From Gloeobacterales cyanobacterium (GTDB lineage: Bacteria > Cyanobacteriota > Cyanobacteriia > Gloeobacterales > PMM-0068), in the NCBI GenBank assembly GCA_038245785.1, contig JBBRSB010000005.1, positions 32,001 through 96,000 of the forward strand: a stretch of 64,000 nucleotides of DNA. Reading direction: 5' to 3'. This document shows, one piece after another, positions 38,128-48,755 of the stretch. Below the pieces are notes generated by a model that did no database searches, was not told the origin of the DNA, and was given only the letters and a program-made list of their open reading frames with translations. Position numbers and translations under genes: made by a program. Each line of letters opens with the position of its first letter. The first letter of the stretch is position 1.

Positions 38128-40653
38128 ATGACAAAGGTGAGACGCGGTAAGGGTGGCTTTTCACTGGTAATGACCCTCTTCATCGGAATCATTCTGACTG
38201 GGGCTTCCTTAGCCATTGTTTATCGGTCTTCGAATGAGGTGCAAATATCTACCGCTCAAAGCGGCTCTGTAAGTGCTTTAAATGCTGCTGAATCAGCGGG
38301 AGCTTCAGCCCTTCAAGAACTCCTCACCCGTGCCAACAGCGTGTCGTTTGCCAATGCGCTGAGCAGTGATAACTTTCTTCCCTATCTCTGTAAAAATACT
38401 CCAGACTGGGCACTCGTCGAAAAGGCCAGTGGAACCATGATTTCTGCTGCTTCTGTGGTGACGGAAGACTCCAGCAGTCCGTCTAGCAATTCCTCAAAAG
38501 ACTATCCGGCACAGACATTTGATCCTCTACTCTTAGCGACCAATCAGAATTTAAGTGCTGGAGGGATTACAGATCCTAAGGATCTGGGATTGGTTAATCT
38601 AACCCTGACTAGCTGTACCGGAAGCGAGCCGAATACAGCCAGTGGCGGAAAAGCATTCCTTCCAGGTTCGGCAGCCGGACCTGGCTTGACCTGGACTACT
38701 GCTCAAGTAGATCCTGGGCCAGGTCCAACGGCGGGTGGCCTTGAAATCAGCCGTGCGAAGAAGATTGGGAATGCAGGAAATAATGAAGTTTGGAGCAGAG
38801 CCGTCCTCAAAGATTTCAAACTGAATGTGGTAGAAGCCATTGCTGGAGCAGATCCGGCCAATGCCGCCACCTTTAATAAGCCGACCGGTGTATTTCGCCT
38901 AATCTATACCTTTAATATTGTGGCTGAAGGTACCATCCGCACTGCTGGCGGGGCGATTACGGGCCGCCAGATTATTCAAGCCCCCAATCTGCTTGTCATC
39001 GATATCAGACAAAAGACTCAAGGAAATTCAAGTTTTTCCCAGTACTCTTTCTTTATTGATGATTCAGATGTTTGCTATGGTACCAATCAAATCATTACGG
39101 GCAGAGCGCATGTGAATAAAGATATTTGCTTCTTCAATCCTGCGCCTGGTGAGACCAAGATAGAATTTACCGATGAATTTACTACTGCCCAATGTCAGTT
39201 TATAGGGAATTGCCCCTATGGCGTAGTCGGTCGCCCTAGAGCTGCTAACTTTTCAGGGGGAGCTAAGTTCAAAGAGCAAGGTATTGGCTATATTCAAAAA
39301 CCTGATATCGGGAACTATCAACTTAAAGCTGCACTTTTCGGACAGGCTAGCCCTTCTCTTAATCCTGAAAACGACACTTTAAAAAATTCAGAAATTCGCA
39401 CCCAAATTGGTATAAATTCATCTTCCACGCCTCCGCCTGTCGGGGTCTACTGGGTTAATCCCACGGATAAGGCAGCGAGCAATACAGACCCGACAACGTA
39501 TAGTAATTGGCTGGCTCAAGCTACCAATAAGGCTACGAATCCCAACAACATAGAAGACAATCTACTCCCTGGCATTTTTATTCAAGGCAATGTGGACTAT
39601 GTCAACATGTACGCAGCAAAGTCTAGTGGAAGCAATGACCCTGATCTGCAGATTATAGAAATTCAACAGATTACAGCAGGAGAGACTCGAAAGACCAGGT
39701 TTTCTTTGAATAAAGAGGCTAATACAACTGCTGTTGAAGTAGCTTCTGGAACGGGGACCTACGGTGCACCGATTAGCTATAACAAAACTTTTAATGGCAT
39801 TATTTTCATCGATGGTGATGTGGGAGATAATACAAAAGCCTGTTCTCCTAACAATAAAAATACTTGTCGCGGGGTGATTAGTATTTCTGGTAATGATTTG
39901 CCCACGGGGGTCACAGCCCCTGCGACTCTTTCTGTAGGTCCGCCCTCTAATCTTGATAGCATCAAGGACACGCCAACGATTCAAAAAGACTGGGGTATCA
40001 CGCTGGCAGTGAATGGAGATATAGCGATTCAAGATAATTTAGATTATCAGGTCGATCCAAGGGGGGCAGACCGTAAATTTGGCACAAACCCTTTTACGAA
40101 TAGCCATGATGATCCAGAGGTAGCAGAGGCGAAAAATGCCCTGGGTATCATTGCTTTTGACAAAAGACAATACAAGAATGAAGACGGCACGGTGGCCTCT
40201 CCTATCCAAGTAAACGGCACTATCTACTGGGGACAGGGCCTGAAAGATAATGTTCGACTGGGTAGAGATCCTGCTGACAGTAAGGACGTCGATGTTGTCA
40301 ATGTCCAAGCCTCTCTCTATGGCTACAGCGAAACTTTGAACTACGATAATGATCGCCTCGCTGAATATATACAGGTACTCGGTAGTGAGATTATGACGAA
40401 GGCCAAGGGAGATTACCGCTTTGGTTGCTCTTCCCGAATTACTCCACCGGGAGGGGCCACTTTCACTTCTGACTTTTGCAGTGGCAGTAAGGTGAAAATT
40501 ATTGGCGATAAGCGTTTTTCTAATGGTACCTATGCTCCACCCGGATTTCCCACCGTTGCCCAAACGATCACAGGTCCTTTTCCTTATGATGTAAAGGCTG
40601 CAGGTAAACAATCTATTGGTAAGGTCCGCTGGCAAACTCTTGAATATCAGTAA
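38128..40653 (+). CDS. Large PilX/ComZ-like minor pilin (841 aa)
   Basis: Class III signal RRGKGG|FSLVM lacking Glu5; SSFSQYSFFID...GRAHVN and ITLAVNGDIAIQDNLDY...NALGIIA blocks. Confidence 0.75.
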   Translation: MTKVRRGKGGFSLVMTLFIGIILTGASLAIVYRSSNEVQISTAQSGSVSALNAAESAGASALQELLTRANSVSFANALSSDNFLPYLCKNTPDWALVEKASGTMISAASVVTEDSSSPSSNSSKDYPAQTFDPLLLATNQNLSAGGITDPKDLGLVNLTLTSCTGSEPNTASGGKAFLPGSAAGPGLTWTTAQVDPGPGPTAGGLEISRAKKIGNAGNNEVWSRAVLKDFKLNVVEAIAGADPANAATFNKPTGVFRLIYTFNIVAEGTIRTAGGAITGRQIIQAPNLLVIDIRQKTQGNSSFSQYSFFIDDSDVCYGTNQIITGRAHVNKDICFFNPAPGETKIEFTDEFTTAQCQFIGNCPYGVVGRPRAANFSGGAKFKEQGIGYIQKPDIGNYQLKAALFGQASPSLNPENDTLKNSEIRTQIGINSSSTPPPVGVYWVNPTDKAASNTDPTTYSNWLAQATNKATNPNNIEDNLLPGIFIQGNVDYVNMYAAKSSGSNDPDLQIIEIQQITAGETRKTRFSLNKEANTTAVEVASGTGTYGAPISYNKTFNGIIFIDGDVGDNTKACSPNNKNTCRGVISISGNDLPTGVTAPATLSVGPPSNLDSIKDTPTIQKDWGITLAVNGDIAIQDNLDYQVDPRGADRKFGTNPFTNSHDDPEVAEAKNALGIIAFDKRQYKNEDGTVASPIQVNGTIYWGQGLKDNVRLGRDPADSKDVDVVNVQASLYGYSETLNYDNDRLAEYIQVLGSEIMTKAKGDYRFGCSSRITPPGGATFTSDFCSGSKVKIIGDKRFSNGTYAPPGFPTVAQTITGPFPYDVKAAGKQSIGKVRWQTLEYQ

Positions 40654-41414
40654 TGGATGCGATGAACGGTTTTAGCTTATCTATCCCCAAGCGACAGGTT
40701 AAAGGCTTAACACTGATTGAAGTGCTTGTCTCGATCGCCTTTGCTGCTATCCTTTTATCCGCTCTATCGGTCCCCCTAGCGATTGGCCTTATTAATCGCA
40801 TTCAGGGGAGAAAACTTACAGAAGCAACCAATTTGGCGCAGACTCAGATGGAAGCTATCCGTGCGAGTTGGTCAGTACCCACTGCTGTGAGCGCAAGTAC
40901 AGCAATGCTAACGATAGGACAGCAGAATTTTGATAACAATAGAATCAATATTCCCTGGAATACCTTGAATGCTATCCAAACCTGTCCTCCAACTCCCGTA
41001 GGCGAAAAAACGATCTATGCAGCTACCAACAAAGACTTAAACTATAGCGATGCCACCAAAAGCCCCAAGTTGCTGACAGACCCCTCCTTAGTCGCACCCA
41101 ATAATGTCAATATTCCTAGTGTGGTCAAAGCGATTGAGATTGATGCTGATGGGAAGCCTGATCTGAACGGAAAATGCACTCAGGACTATTGGGGACAAAT
41201 CATGTTTGGCAATGCGCCTGATGATAATACGGGCGTAGCACTCAAAGACACGAAGCGCATTGTAGTCCGCATTTTTACCTTGGAAGAAGACCCAAAAACG
41301 CTTAATATTGCGCTTGCTCCTACTGCTAAACTCACTACCTATAGTCTCAATCCAAACCAACAAAATTTGGGTTTGCCTTTAGTCGTACTTATTTCTGATA
41401 TTCCCCGTCCCTAG
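40653..41414 (+). CDS. Type IV minor pilin (PilV-like)
   Basis: KG|LTLIEVLV prepilin motif; ATNLAQTQMEAIR. Confidence 0.88.
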   Translation: MDAMNGFSLSIPKRQVKGLTLIEVLVSIAFAAILLSALSVPLAIGLINRIQGRKLTEATNLAQTQMEAIRASWSVPTAVSASTAMLTIGQQNFDNNRINIPWNTLNAIQTCPPTPVGEKTIYAATNKDLNYSDATKSPKLLTDPSLVAPNNVNIPSVVKAIEIDADGKPDLNGKCTQDYWGQIMFGNAPDDNTGVALKDTKRIVVRIFTLEEDPKTLNIALAPTAKLTTYSLNPNQQNLGLPLVVLISDIPRP

Positions 41415-41424
41415 AGAAATTCCC

Positions 41425-41931
41425 ATGCACCGCCAGCGTAGTGGTTTTACCTTAACAGAGATGCTCGTTACTATTTCGATGGTAGGAATTTTAGCAGCGA
41501 TTAGCACAGCGTCTCTTCAGCCTTTACTCCAAAGACAAAGACTTGCCCAAGCTGCTCAACAGGTTGAACAAGCAATCCGCAAAACACAGCAAACAGCGGT
41601 TACACGCGCTCAGCAGATTTATATCGAATTTGATAACGACTCCTACACGCTTGGCTCTGGAAACCCTTGCACAGTGCCACGGAGTATTCTAGCGACAGAG
41701 CGTCTTCCTGTTCAAATACAGATAAATTTGGCGATGCCCGGAGGTAGCACGCTCAATACAGGCGGTTGTCCTCCTGCCCTAAAGCCTCTGGTCCTCTTTG
41801 ATTTTCAGGGTATGGCGAGAATGAATGATGCTGGTAAATTTGTTCGCTTAAATAGTTCATCTCTGACAGACATTAATTATGACGTTTACATCTTGAGTAT
41901 TTTGGGTGATGTGGGTACTGCAAAACCATAG
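41425..41931 (+). CDS. Type IV minor pilin (FimT/FimU/GspH-like)
   Basis: SG|FTLTEMLV; FDFQG motif. Confidence 0.88.
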   Translation: MHRQRSGFTLTEMLVTISMVGILAAISTASLQPLLQRQRLAQAAQQVEQAIRKTQQTAVTRAQQIYIEFDNDSYTLGSGNPCTVPRSILATERLPVQIQINLAMPGGSTLNTGGCPPALKPLVLFDFQGMARMNDAGKFVRLNSSSLTDINYDVYILSILGDVGTAKP

Positions 41932-41945
41932 GATTTCAAACCATC

Positions 41946-42725
41946 ATGAAGACTAGATATGTACGTAAAAAAAGCGGCTTTACTCTTTTCGAAGTGCTGG
42001 TCACCGCTGTAATCTCCAGTGTGATGGTCTTAGCCTTGATCAGTGGAGCCACAGGATTTTTTAGCCGTGATAGTCAGGAACAACAAAGAGTTCTTGCTCA
42101 GCAGCGTTTGCGCTTAGTAACTTCTGTAATCAGTGCTGACCTGCGAGAAGCTGCATATATCTATCGAGATGCAGACCTGAATATAGTTGTCGGTCTAGTG
42201 AATGGAGGAACCAGCAGTGCAAAATTGAACGGAACAACCCCAAAACTAGCCATGTTGGTTCCTTATAAAGGGACCTCTATTAGTGACAAAGATAAATTCA
42301 GATTAGTGATCTATGCGCTTGGTCCCGTTCCCAATGCCGAACCTTTCAACTCCATTCGTTCTATCAAGGGGAAAGGCAACGTTATTTATCGCTGGTTTTC
42401 GGCGCCGGAAGAATTCGATCCAATTATCCAAAATCAGGGAAACGGCAAACCCCCTAATGCATTGAATGGCAGTTTTATGACCTATGGCGGTACAGGGACC
42501 GACACTCGCCCTCCAGTATTGGTCGTGGGGGTAGCCAATGATGGCCTATCCACAACTTCTACTGGTGGGCAATTCGGACCAGCGAATAGTGACCTTGGCA
42601 AAAATATAACGGTCCAGGCCTATCAAGATTCTTCGCTTGTGGGGGATGCTCCGAAAGTCAGCTTTTATGCTCAGGCCCGCAATTTGGGGCTACCGTCTAC
42701 GCCCATTCCCCCTTCGAGCCTCTAA
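41946..42725 (+). CDS. Type IV minor pilin (PilW-like)
   Basis: SG|FTLFEVLV; ISADLREA. Confidence 0.88.
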   Translation: MKTRYVRKKSGFTLFEVLVTAVISSVMVLALISGATGFFSRDSQEQQRVLAQQRLRLVTSVISADLREAAYIYRDADLNIVVGLVNGGTSSAKLNGTTPKLAMLVPYKGTSISDKDKFRLVIYALGPVPNAEPFNSIRSIKGKGNVIYRWFSAPEEFDPIIQNQGNGKPPNALNGSFMTYGGTGTDTRPPVLVVGVANDGLSTTSTGGQFGPANSDLGKNITVQAYQDSSLVGDAPKVSFYAQARNLGLPSTPIPPSSL

Positions 42726-43240
42726 TCCCCTAAGCTTTGCCTGACTTTCACCATCATCTGGATCATTTGGGCTTGCTCTTGCTCACTCAAAATGCTGTCT
42801 AACATCTGTGCAACATGCTGGTCATACGCAGGGGTCAGCGTTTGCATCAGCGTTTTGGCCTTATCGGTCATTTCGATGAGCGTTACCCGACGGTCATTAG
42901 GGTCGGCCACTCTTCTAACCAAACCCTCTCGCTCCATTCGGTCAATGATGCCTGTCATATTGGCCTTGGAAACCCCCTGACTGTGGGCAATCTCAGTAAT
43001 CGGCATCCCTGCGTCTGGAGAACGAGCATTCAGAGTCCACAGAACATTTCCTTGCGGCAGGGTCAGACCATAGCGAAACAAGTAGTCTTCCATCTCGCGA
43101 TAAAGTAGCGTGCCCGCCCTGATCAGGTTCAACATCAGGATTACCGGAACTGCTTTGCAGTTTTCATCTAAATAAGAGAAGACCCATGCAGGAGGAATAA
43201 CTTGGGCAGAGGATGGCATAAGAGTAGATAGTCTCCACAC
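42722..43240 (-). CDS. MarR-family transcriptional regulator
   Basis: VSKANMTGIIDRMEREGLVRRVADPNDRR; start may be the ATG at 43219. Confidence 0.92.
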   Translation of the reverse strand: MWRLSTLMPSSAQVIPPAWVFSYLDENCKAVPVILMLNLIRAGTLLYREMEDYLFRYGLTLPQGNVLWTLNARSPDAGMPITEIAHSQGVSKANMTGIIDRMEREGLVRRVADPNDRRVTLIEMTDKAKTLMQTLTPAYDQHVAQMLDSILSEQEQAQMIQMMVKVRQSLGD

Positions 43241-43441
43241 TGAATTATCAATATATTAACAGATCAGTTGAAAGTAGCTGTTTGTTTCAAGATGCGCTTT
43301 CTTTATAGTTGTTGTAAAACAATAGGGGGCTAATCCGTGAAGGGGCGTCATCATAGCAGGGAGCCACAGCCGTGTTCAAAGGTCCAATTGCACGCGGTTG
43401 CTTGATGAAGTTAATTTTGGGATGTCAAAAAAAGGAGTCCT

Positions 43442-43942
43442 GTGATGTCAAAACAATTTAATCTTCTCTTCCGCGCAAAGCTCAAGCATACCCGTTCAGA
43501 ATCTTTGTTCGCAGGGCTCTTGGTGGTTGCCCTGTCCATACTGCCCGCCCATAAGCTTTTAGCCCAAGAACAGTTGCTGCTGCCTCCTAGCTCCGCTCAA
43601 GTTGCTTCCTTAACGCCCAAAGCCGCACTCGAACGCTTTTTCACTACAAAGCCAAAGAACTACCGCGCGGAGTGGTTTGCTCCCAACTTCAAGCTTCAAG
43701 GTTCCAACACTGAGGTTGCGCCAGGAGTTGCATCCTACATTTCGCAGCTCAAGTCCCAGCTAGGACCCTATAAGGGTGTGGAACAGCGTGGCCAGGAATT
43801 GATAGTAGGATTGAATAGAGGTTCAGTCCCAGCCCAAATTCAAATTAATCCCCAGGGCCAAATAACAAAACTGGCCTTCCCAAAAATAGATTTTCCCGCC
43901 CCTTCCCATGCTGCTTTACCTTCAGGAAAGGCGTATCGCTAG
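43442..43942 (+). CDS. Secreted protein resembling the N-terminal domain of cyanobacterial serine hydrolases
   Basis: Signal peptide; AALERFF...EWFAP...LGPY...GSVP.QI.INPQGQIT; no catalytic domain. Confidence 0.65.
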   Translation: MMSKQFNLLFRAKLKHTRSESLFAGLLVVALSILPAHKLLAQEQLLLPPSSAQVASLTPKAALERFFTTKPKNYRAEWFAPNFKLQGSNTEVAPGVASYISQLKSQLGPYKGVEQRGQELIVGLNRGSVPAQIQINPQGQITKLAFPKIDFPAPSHAALPSGKAYR

Positions 43943-44142
43943 GCTTAGAGACCAGCAAGCATTCCTCAAGCATCTGACCGAGATTTGGAAGCCTGCTTCT
44001 GAAAACTCGTAATGCTTGTGCCTAGATTCAAGGAGGCGCCCTGTACAAAATTAGTTAATGTACTTATTATTAATAGGTAGAATAATAGTGCTTGAAGAAT
44101 GTAGAATTGTGAAGTGTCAGACCTGCCTATGAGGATCGTGCT

Positions 44143-45579
44143 ATGACCAAATCGTCAGAGAAGCCAACGTTTTCTTCAGAGTCTTCGGACTTAGTCCAAA
44201 ATTCTGAACAAGACAAAGGCAAGCAGGCTCTATCCTCTCCTCGATCAACAGAAAAATCAGTGGCCTCAGACCCCACAGATTCAGAACAGTCTACCAAACA
44301 GCTTTTTGAAAACAAAGGAACCAGGCTAGCACTCCCTCCCGCAAAGAAAAATCAGGGTTGGTTACCTCTGCTTATTAGTCTGGGGGTTATATCCCTAGGC
44401 GCTTTTGCCTTACACCTTAATGCGGCCAATAAACCTGAAGCGGCTCCGCCTGTGGCGTCAACCCCGCCCCGTCCAAGCTTGACCGTGACGGTGCAGCCAG
44501 TGGTCTCCAAATCTTTTCCCAAAACTCTCTCGGTTTCAGGTTCTCTAGCAGCTTGGGATGAACTACCGCTCGCGGCAGAGGCAAGTGGACTGCGCATTGA
44601 CAACATTTATGTAGATGAAGGAGACCGAGTCCGCAAAGGACAGGTTCTCGCTACACTCAACAACCAACTGCTAAAAGCACAAATGCAGCAGTCTAAGGCT
44701 CGCGTTAGCAAAGCGATGTCTGGAATCCGCCAGCAGCAGGCAGCGATTAGGGAAGCAGAGGCGCTCAAAATAGAGGCCGACCGCAATTTCAAGCGATACG
44801 ACAATTTAGTGCGCGAAGGAGCTATTAGTCAGCAAGAGGCCCAAAGTCGACAAACTAGCGCAGCTACCTCACAGGCAAGGGTGGATTCTGCTCGCCAAAG
44901 TCTTGCCGTTGCCCAAAGCGATCTGGCTGCAGCCAAAGCTGACCTGCAAGAATTTAGAGCTCGGATGTCACAGACCCGGATTGTGGCACCTGTCGATGGT
45001 TTTATCAGCAAGCGACAGGCCAAATTGGGAAGTACGTCAGGTTCTACAGCCCTATTTAACATGGTGCGGGATGGGCGGATTGAACTGAATGCTGAAGTTT
45101 CAGAACTGGATTTGCCAGGCATCAAAGCTGGACAACCCATAGTGATTACCTCTGATGCAGACCCTTCCAAGCGCTATACGGGACGGGTACGCGAAGTAGC
45201 GCCGGTGGTGGATGCGCAGACCCGGATTGGCCTTGTGCGGATTAAGCTACCCCCAAATCCTGAGTTAAGACCGGGGATGTTTGTTCGAGGACAACTGCGA
45301 CTAGGTTCTGCTCCAGCGGTGGTAGTTCCAGAGACAGCCCTTCTATTTAAAGATGGTAAGCCCTTCGTTTTTATTGTTAAAGGGGAGCCTAGCCAAGGTG
45401 GTACAGCTCAGGCAACCGTTCGCTTGATCCAGACGGGGGCAAGGGATGCAGGTTTTGTTGAAGTCCGCTCTGGTCTTAGAACTGGAGAGCAGATAATTCT
45501 TTCCGGGGCAGGTTATCTAAAAGATGGTGATACCGTCCGGATTGGCAGTTTGGATAGTGGGACAGGAGGGCGTCCATGA
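44143..45579 (+). CDS. RND efflux membrane fusion protein
   Basis: VDEGDRVRKGQVLA, IVAPVDG, LRPGMF. Confidence 0.93.
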   Translation: MTKSSEKPTFSSESSDLVQNSEQDKGKQALSSPRSTEKSVASDPTDSEQSTKQLFENKGTRLALPPAKKNQGWLPLLISLGVISLGAFALHLNAANKPEAAPPVASTPPRPSLTVTVQPVVSKSFPKTLSVSGSLAAWDELPLAAEASGLRIDNIYVDEGDRVRKGQVLATLNNQLLKAQMQQSKARVSKAMSGIRQQQAAIREAEALKIEADRNFKRYDNLVREGAISQQEAQSRQTSAATSQARVDSARQSLAVAQSDLAAAKADLQEFRARMSQTRIVAPVDGFISKRQAKLGSTSGSTALFNMVRDGRIELNAEVSELDLPGIKAGQPIVITSDADPSKRYTGRVREVAPVVDAQTRIGLVRIKLPPNPELRPGMFVRGQLRLGSAPAVVVPETALLFKDGKPFVFIVKGEPSQGGTAQATVRLIQTGARDAGFVEVRSGLRTGEQIILSGAGYLKDGDTVRIGSLDSGTGGRP

Positions 45580-48500
45580 ACTGGAACATTTCAGCCTGGT
45601 CTATCCGCAATCCGATTATTACCAGCGTCCTCTTTTTAGTTTTGACCCTCGCTGGGTTTGTCTCTTTTAGTCTGCTCAATATTGATGAAAATCCGAATAT
45701 CGATGTCCCAACGGTAGCGATTACTGTTACTCAAATAGGGGCTGCGCCTTCGGAGCTAGAAACTCAGGTAACGAAGAGAGTCGAAGATGCTGTAGCGGGT
45801 GTTGGCAATGTCGATCACATTCGCTCTGTGGTCAATGACGGAGTTTCCTCAACGACCGTAGAATTCATTCTTGGAACCAGTACTGACCGGGCTGTAAACG
45901 ATGTGCGCGACGCTGTTACCAAGATTCGGCAGAACCTCCCCCAAGATATTCAAGAGCCGATCATCTCGCGCATAGACTTCACAGGCTCAGCGATGATGAT
46001 CTACTCCGTGGCTTCGTCTTCGCGTACAAACGAAGAATTAAGCTGGTTCGTTGACAATGAAATTAGTCGAGAGCTTCTGTCGGTTCGCGGCGTTTCTAAG
46101 GTAGACCGTTCTGGTGGCGTCGACCGTGAGATCCGTGTCAATCTTGACCCTAGCCGCTTGCTGGCTCTGGGAATTACGGCTGATGATGTCAACCGTCAGG
46201 TCCGTGCCCTCAACATCAATCTGCCAGGGGGACGTGGAGAACTAGGAGCTCAAGAACAATCGATCCGCACCTTGGGCAGTGCCCAGACCATAGAGCAATT
46301 AAGCAATACAGAAATCATTCTTCCCAATGGCCGAAAAGCCCGCTTGAGCCAATTAGGCAAAGTAGAGGATGGCACTTCCGAACCTCGGCAGTCTGCTCGT
46401 CTGGATGGAAAGCCTGTTGTTGCTTTTTCGATCGAGCGTTCTGTGGGTGCCAGTGAAGTAGCAACAGAAAAAGGAATAGAGGAAAAGATTGCAGAGCTTC
46501 GCAAAACATTCCCTGACGTCACTTTTACCTTGATTCTCAACAGAGTTAAGTTCGTCCATGAGTCCTATGAAGCTTCCGTAGAAGCCTTGCTCCTGGGAGC
46601 CGCTTTAGCCGTAGTCGTAATCTTTATTTTTCTGAAAGACTGGCGGGCAACCTTGATTTCAGGTTTGGCCATGCCTCTTTCGGCAATCCCAACCTTTGCC
46701 GTGATGAAGGCTTTGGGCTACACCCTCAATAACTTAAGTCTGTTGGCTTTTGCCTTAGTCGTTGGCATCTTGGTGGACGATGCGATTGTAGAAATTGAAA
46801 ATATTGTCCGTCACATGAAGATGGGCAAAAGCCCATTCCGGGCAGCTTTAGATGCTGCAGATGAGATTGGTTTGGCCGTCGTCGCTACGACCATGAGCAT
46901 CGTTGCGGTTTTCCTACCCGTAGGATTCATGGGTGGAATCCCTGGACAATTTTTCCGGCAGTTCGGTGTGACAGTGGCCGTAGCGGTCATGTTTTCACTT
47001 TTAGTCGCTCGTTTAGTTACGCCCTTGATGGCCGCTTATTTCTTAAAGGACCATGATGCTAGTGAAGAATCACCCTGGTATGTTCAGCGCTACAACAGCA
47101 TTCTGAATTGGTCGTTAGATCATCGTTTTGCCACAATCCTGATTGCTGTTGCTATATTTGCTGGTTCTTTAGCCTTGGCCCGCTTTATTCCGACCGGGTT
47201 TATTACGCCTACAGACCGTGGCCAATCCATCTTAACGGTGGAACTGCCTCCAGGCTCTAAGTTAGAGGACACAGACCGAGCCACGCAACAAATCAGCCGT
47301 TTGATGAAAAAACGGTCTGAAGTCGAAAGCGTCTTTGTCTCTGCGGGCACCTCTGGCAGTCAGGGAACTGGCGGTAACGGTGGAACCGGGAAAGTTACCA
47401 AGGCTACGGTGTATATCAACCTGAAGCCCCGTGGAGAGAGGGAACTCTCACAGCAGAAATTTGAACAGGATGTGCGGCCTCTGTTAGACCAGGTTCCTGG
47501 AGCCCGTCTCAGCTTCTTCGGCGGGAGTGTGAGTGGCGGCAAAGAAGTGACGGTAGTCCTCACGGGAGATGATGCCGTATCGCTAACCAAGACGGCTGAT
47601 GCTCTTACCTCTCAAATGAGAGGAATTCCGGCTCTGGTAGATGTCAGCAACTCGGCCAGTCTATTGCGAGCAGAACTCCTGATCAATCCCAAATTCGACC
47701 GAGCTGCCGACCAAGGCGTGTCTGTACAACAGATTGCCCAGACCGCTAAAATTGCAACCTTAGGAGATATTGATGCCAACCTAGCTAAGTTCAACCTGGC
47801 TGACCGTCAGATCCCTATTCGCGTTCAGATAGATCCCAAATACCGTAGCAATTTGGATATCATCGAGAACCTGAGGGTTACGGGCAATGGCAGCAAAATG
47901 GTCCCGCTCAAGTCGGTTGCAGAGTTCACGGTGGGGAGTGGAGCTGCTCAGATAGACCGCTATGACCGAGCGCGAAAAGTATCCGTCGAAGCCAACCTGA
48001 ATGGAGTGCCGCTTGGACCTGTGATTAAACAGGTATATGCGCTGCCTGCCTTAAAGAACCTGCCTGCTTCTGTGCGGATTCAAAACTCTGGCGATGCAAA
48101 AGTTATGGCTGATGTATTCTCTCAGTTCGGTCTAGCTTTGGGGGCAGCGGTCATTCTGATCTTTGCAGTCTTGGTCTTGCTGTTCGGTAGTTTCTTCCAT
48201 CCGTTCACGATTATGGTGGCGCTCCCACTTGCTTTGGGAGGAGCGCTGGCCGGTCTCTTGGTCTTTGGCAAATCCCTAGGACTCTATGCCTTGATTGGGA
48301 TTGTCATGCTGATGGGATTGGTCACCAAAAACTCTATTTTGCTGGTGGAATACGCTATCGTCGCTATGCGAGAAGGTACTCCTCGACGGGAGGCCATGGT
48401 AGAAGCTGGGGATAAGCGGATGCAACCCATTCTTATGACTACCATTGCCATGATCGCGGGGATGATGCCGATTGCCTTAGGGCTTGGCGCTGGTGCTGAA

Positions 48501-48677
48501 GCGCGCTCGCCAATGGCCGTAGCTGTAGTCGGTGGTCTGGTGACTTCTACCCTCCTTACCTTGGTCGTTATTCCCGTAGTCTTCACCTATGTGGACGACT
48601 TGCAAAACTGGTTCTCTCGGACTTTTGGCAAGGTAGTCAATCAGCCTACGCCTCTGCCCAGCCAGCAGCAGGAATAG
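45576..48677 (+). CDS. AcrB/AcrD/AcrF-family RND permease
   Basis: GILVDDAIVEIEN, KNSILLVE, RMQPILMTT. Confidence 0.96.
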   Translation: MNWNISAWSIRNPIITSVLFLVLTLAGFVSFSLLNIDENPNIDVPTVAITVTQIGAAPSELETQVTKRVEDAVAGVGNVDHIRSVVNDGVSSTTVEFILGTSTDRAVNDVRDAVTKIRQNLPQDIQEPIISRIDFTGSAMMIYSVASSSRTNEELSWFVDNEISRELLSVRGVSKVDRSGGVDREIRVNLDPSRLLALGITADDVNRQVRALNINLPGGRGELGAQEQSIRTLGSAQTIEQLSNTEIILPNGRKARLSQLGKVEDGTSEPRQSARLDGKPVVAFSIERSVGASEVATEKGIEEKIAELRKTFPDVTFTLILNRVKFVHESYEASVEALLLGAALAVVVIFIFLKDWRATLISGLAMPLSAIPTFAVMKALGYTLNNLSLLAFALVVGILVDDAIVEIENIVRHMKMGKSPFRAALDAADEIGLAVVATTMSIVAVFLPVGFMGGIPGQFFRQFGVTVAVAVMFSLLVARLVTPLMAAYFLKDHDASEESPWYVQRYNSILNWSLDHRFATILIAVAIFAGSLALARFIPTGFITPTDRGQSILTVELPPGSKLEDTDRATQQISRLMKKRSEVESVFVSAGTSGSQGTGGNGGTGKVTKATVYINLKPRGERELSQQKFEQDVRPLLDQVPGARLSFFGGSVSGGKEVTVVLTGDDAVSLTKTADALTSQMRGIPALVDVSNSASLLRAELLINPKFDRAADQGVSVQQIAQTAKIATLGDIDANLAKFNLADRQIPIRVQIDPKYRSNLDIIENLRVTGNGSKMVPLKSVAEFTVGSGAAQIDRYDRARKVSVEANLNGVPLGPVIKQVYALPALKNLPASVRIQNSGDAKVMADVFSQFGLALGAAVILIFAVLVLLFGSFFHPFTIMVALPLALGGALAGLLVFGKSLGLYALIGIVMLMGLVTKNSILLVEYAIVAMREGTPRREAMVEAGDKRMQPILMTTIAMIAGMMPIALGLGAGAEARSPMAVAVVGGLVTSTLLTLVVIPVVFTYVDDLQNWFSRTFGKVVNQPTPLPSQQQE

Positions 48678-48755
48678 CAGTTCAGATTCAGCAGCGGATA
48701 GTTAACCTTCTCAAAGGTCGCCTAAAATGAAGGCACTATCAAGGAGTTACCCTAG

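Noticed and set aside
44048..44088. AT-rich imperfect palindrome upstream of the RND operon as a MarR operator
   Set aside because: Symmetry is too weak for an AT-rich context
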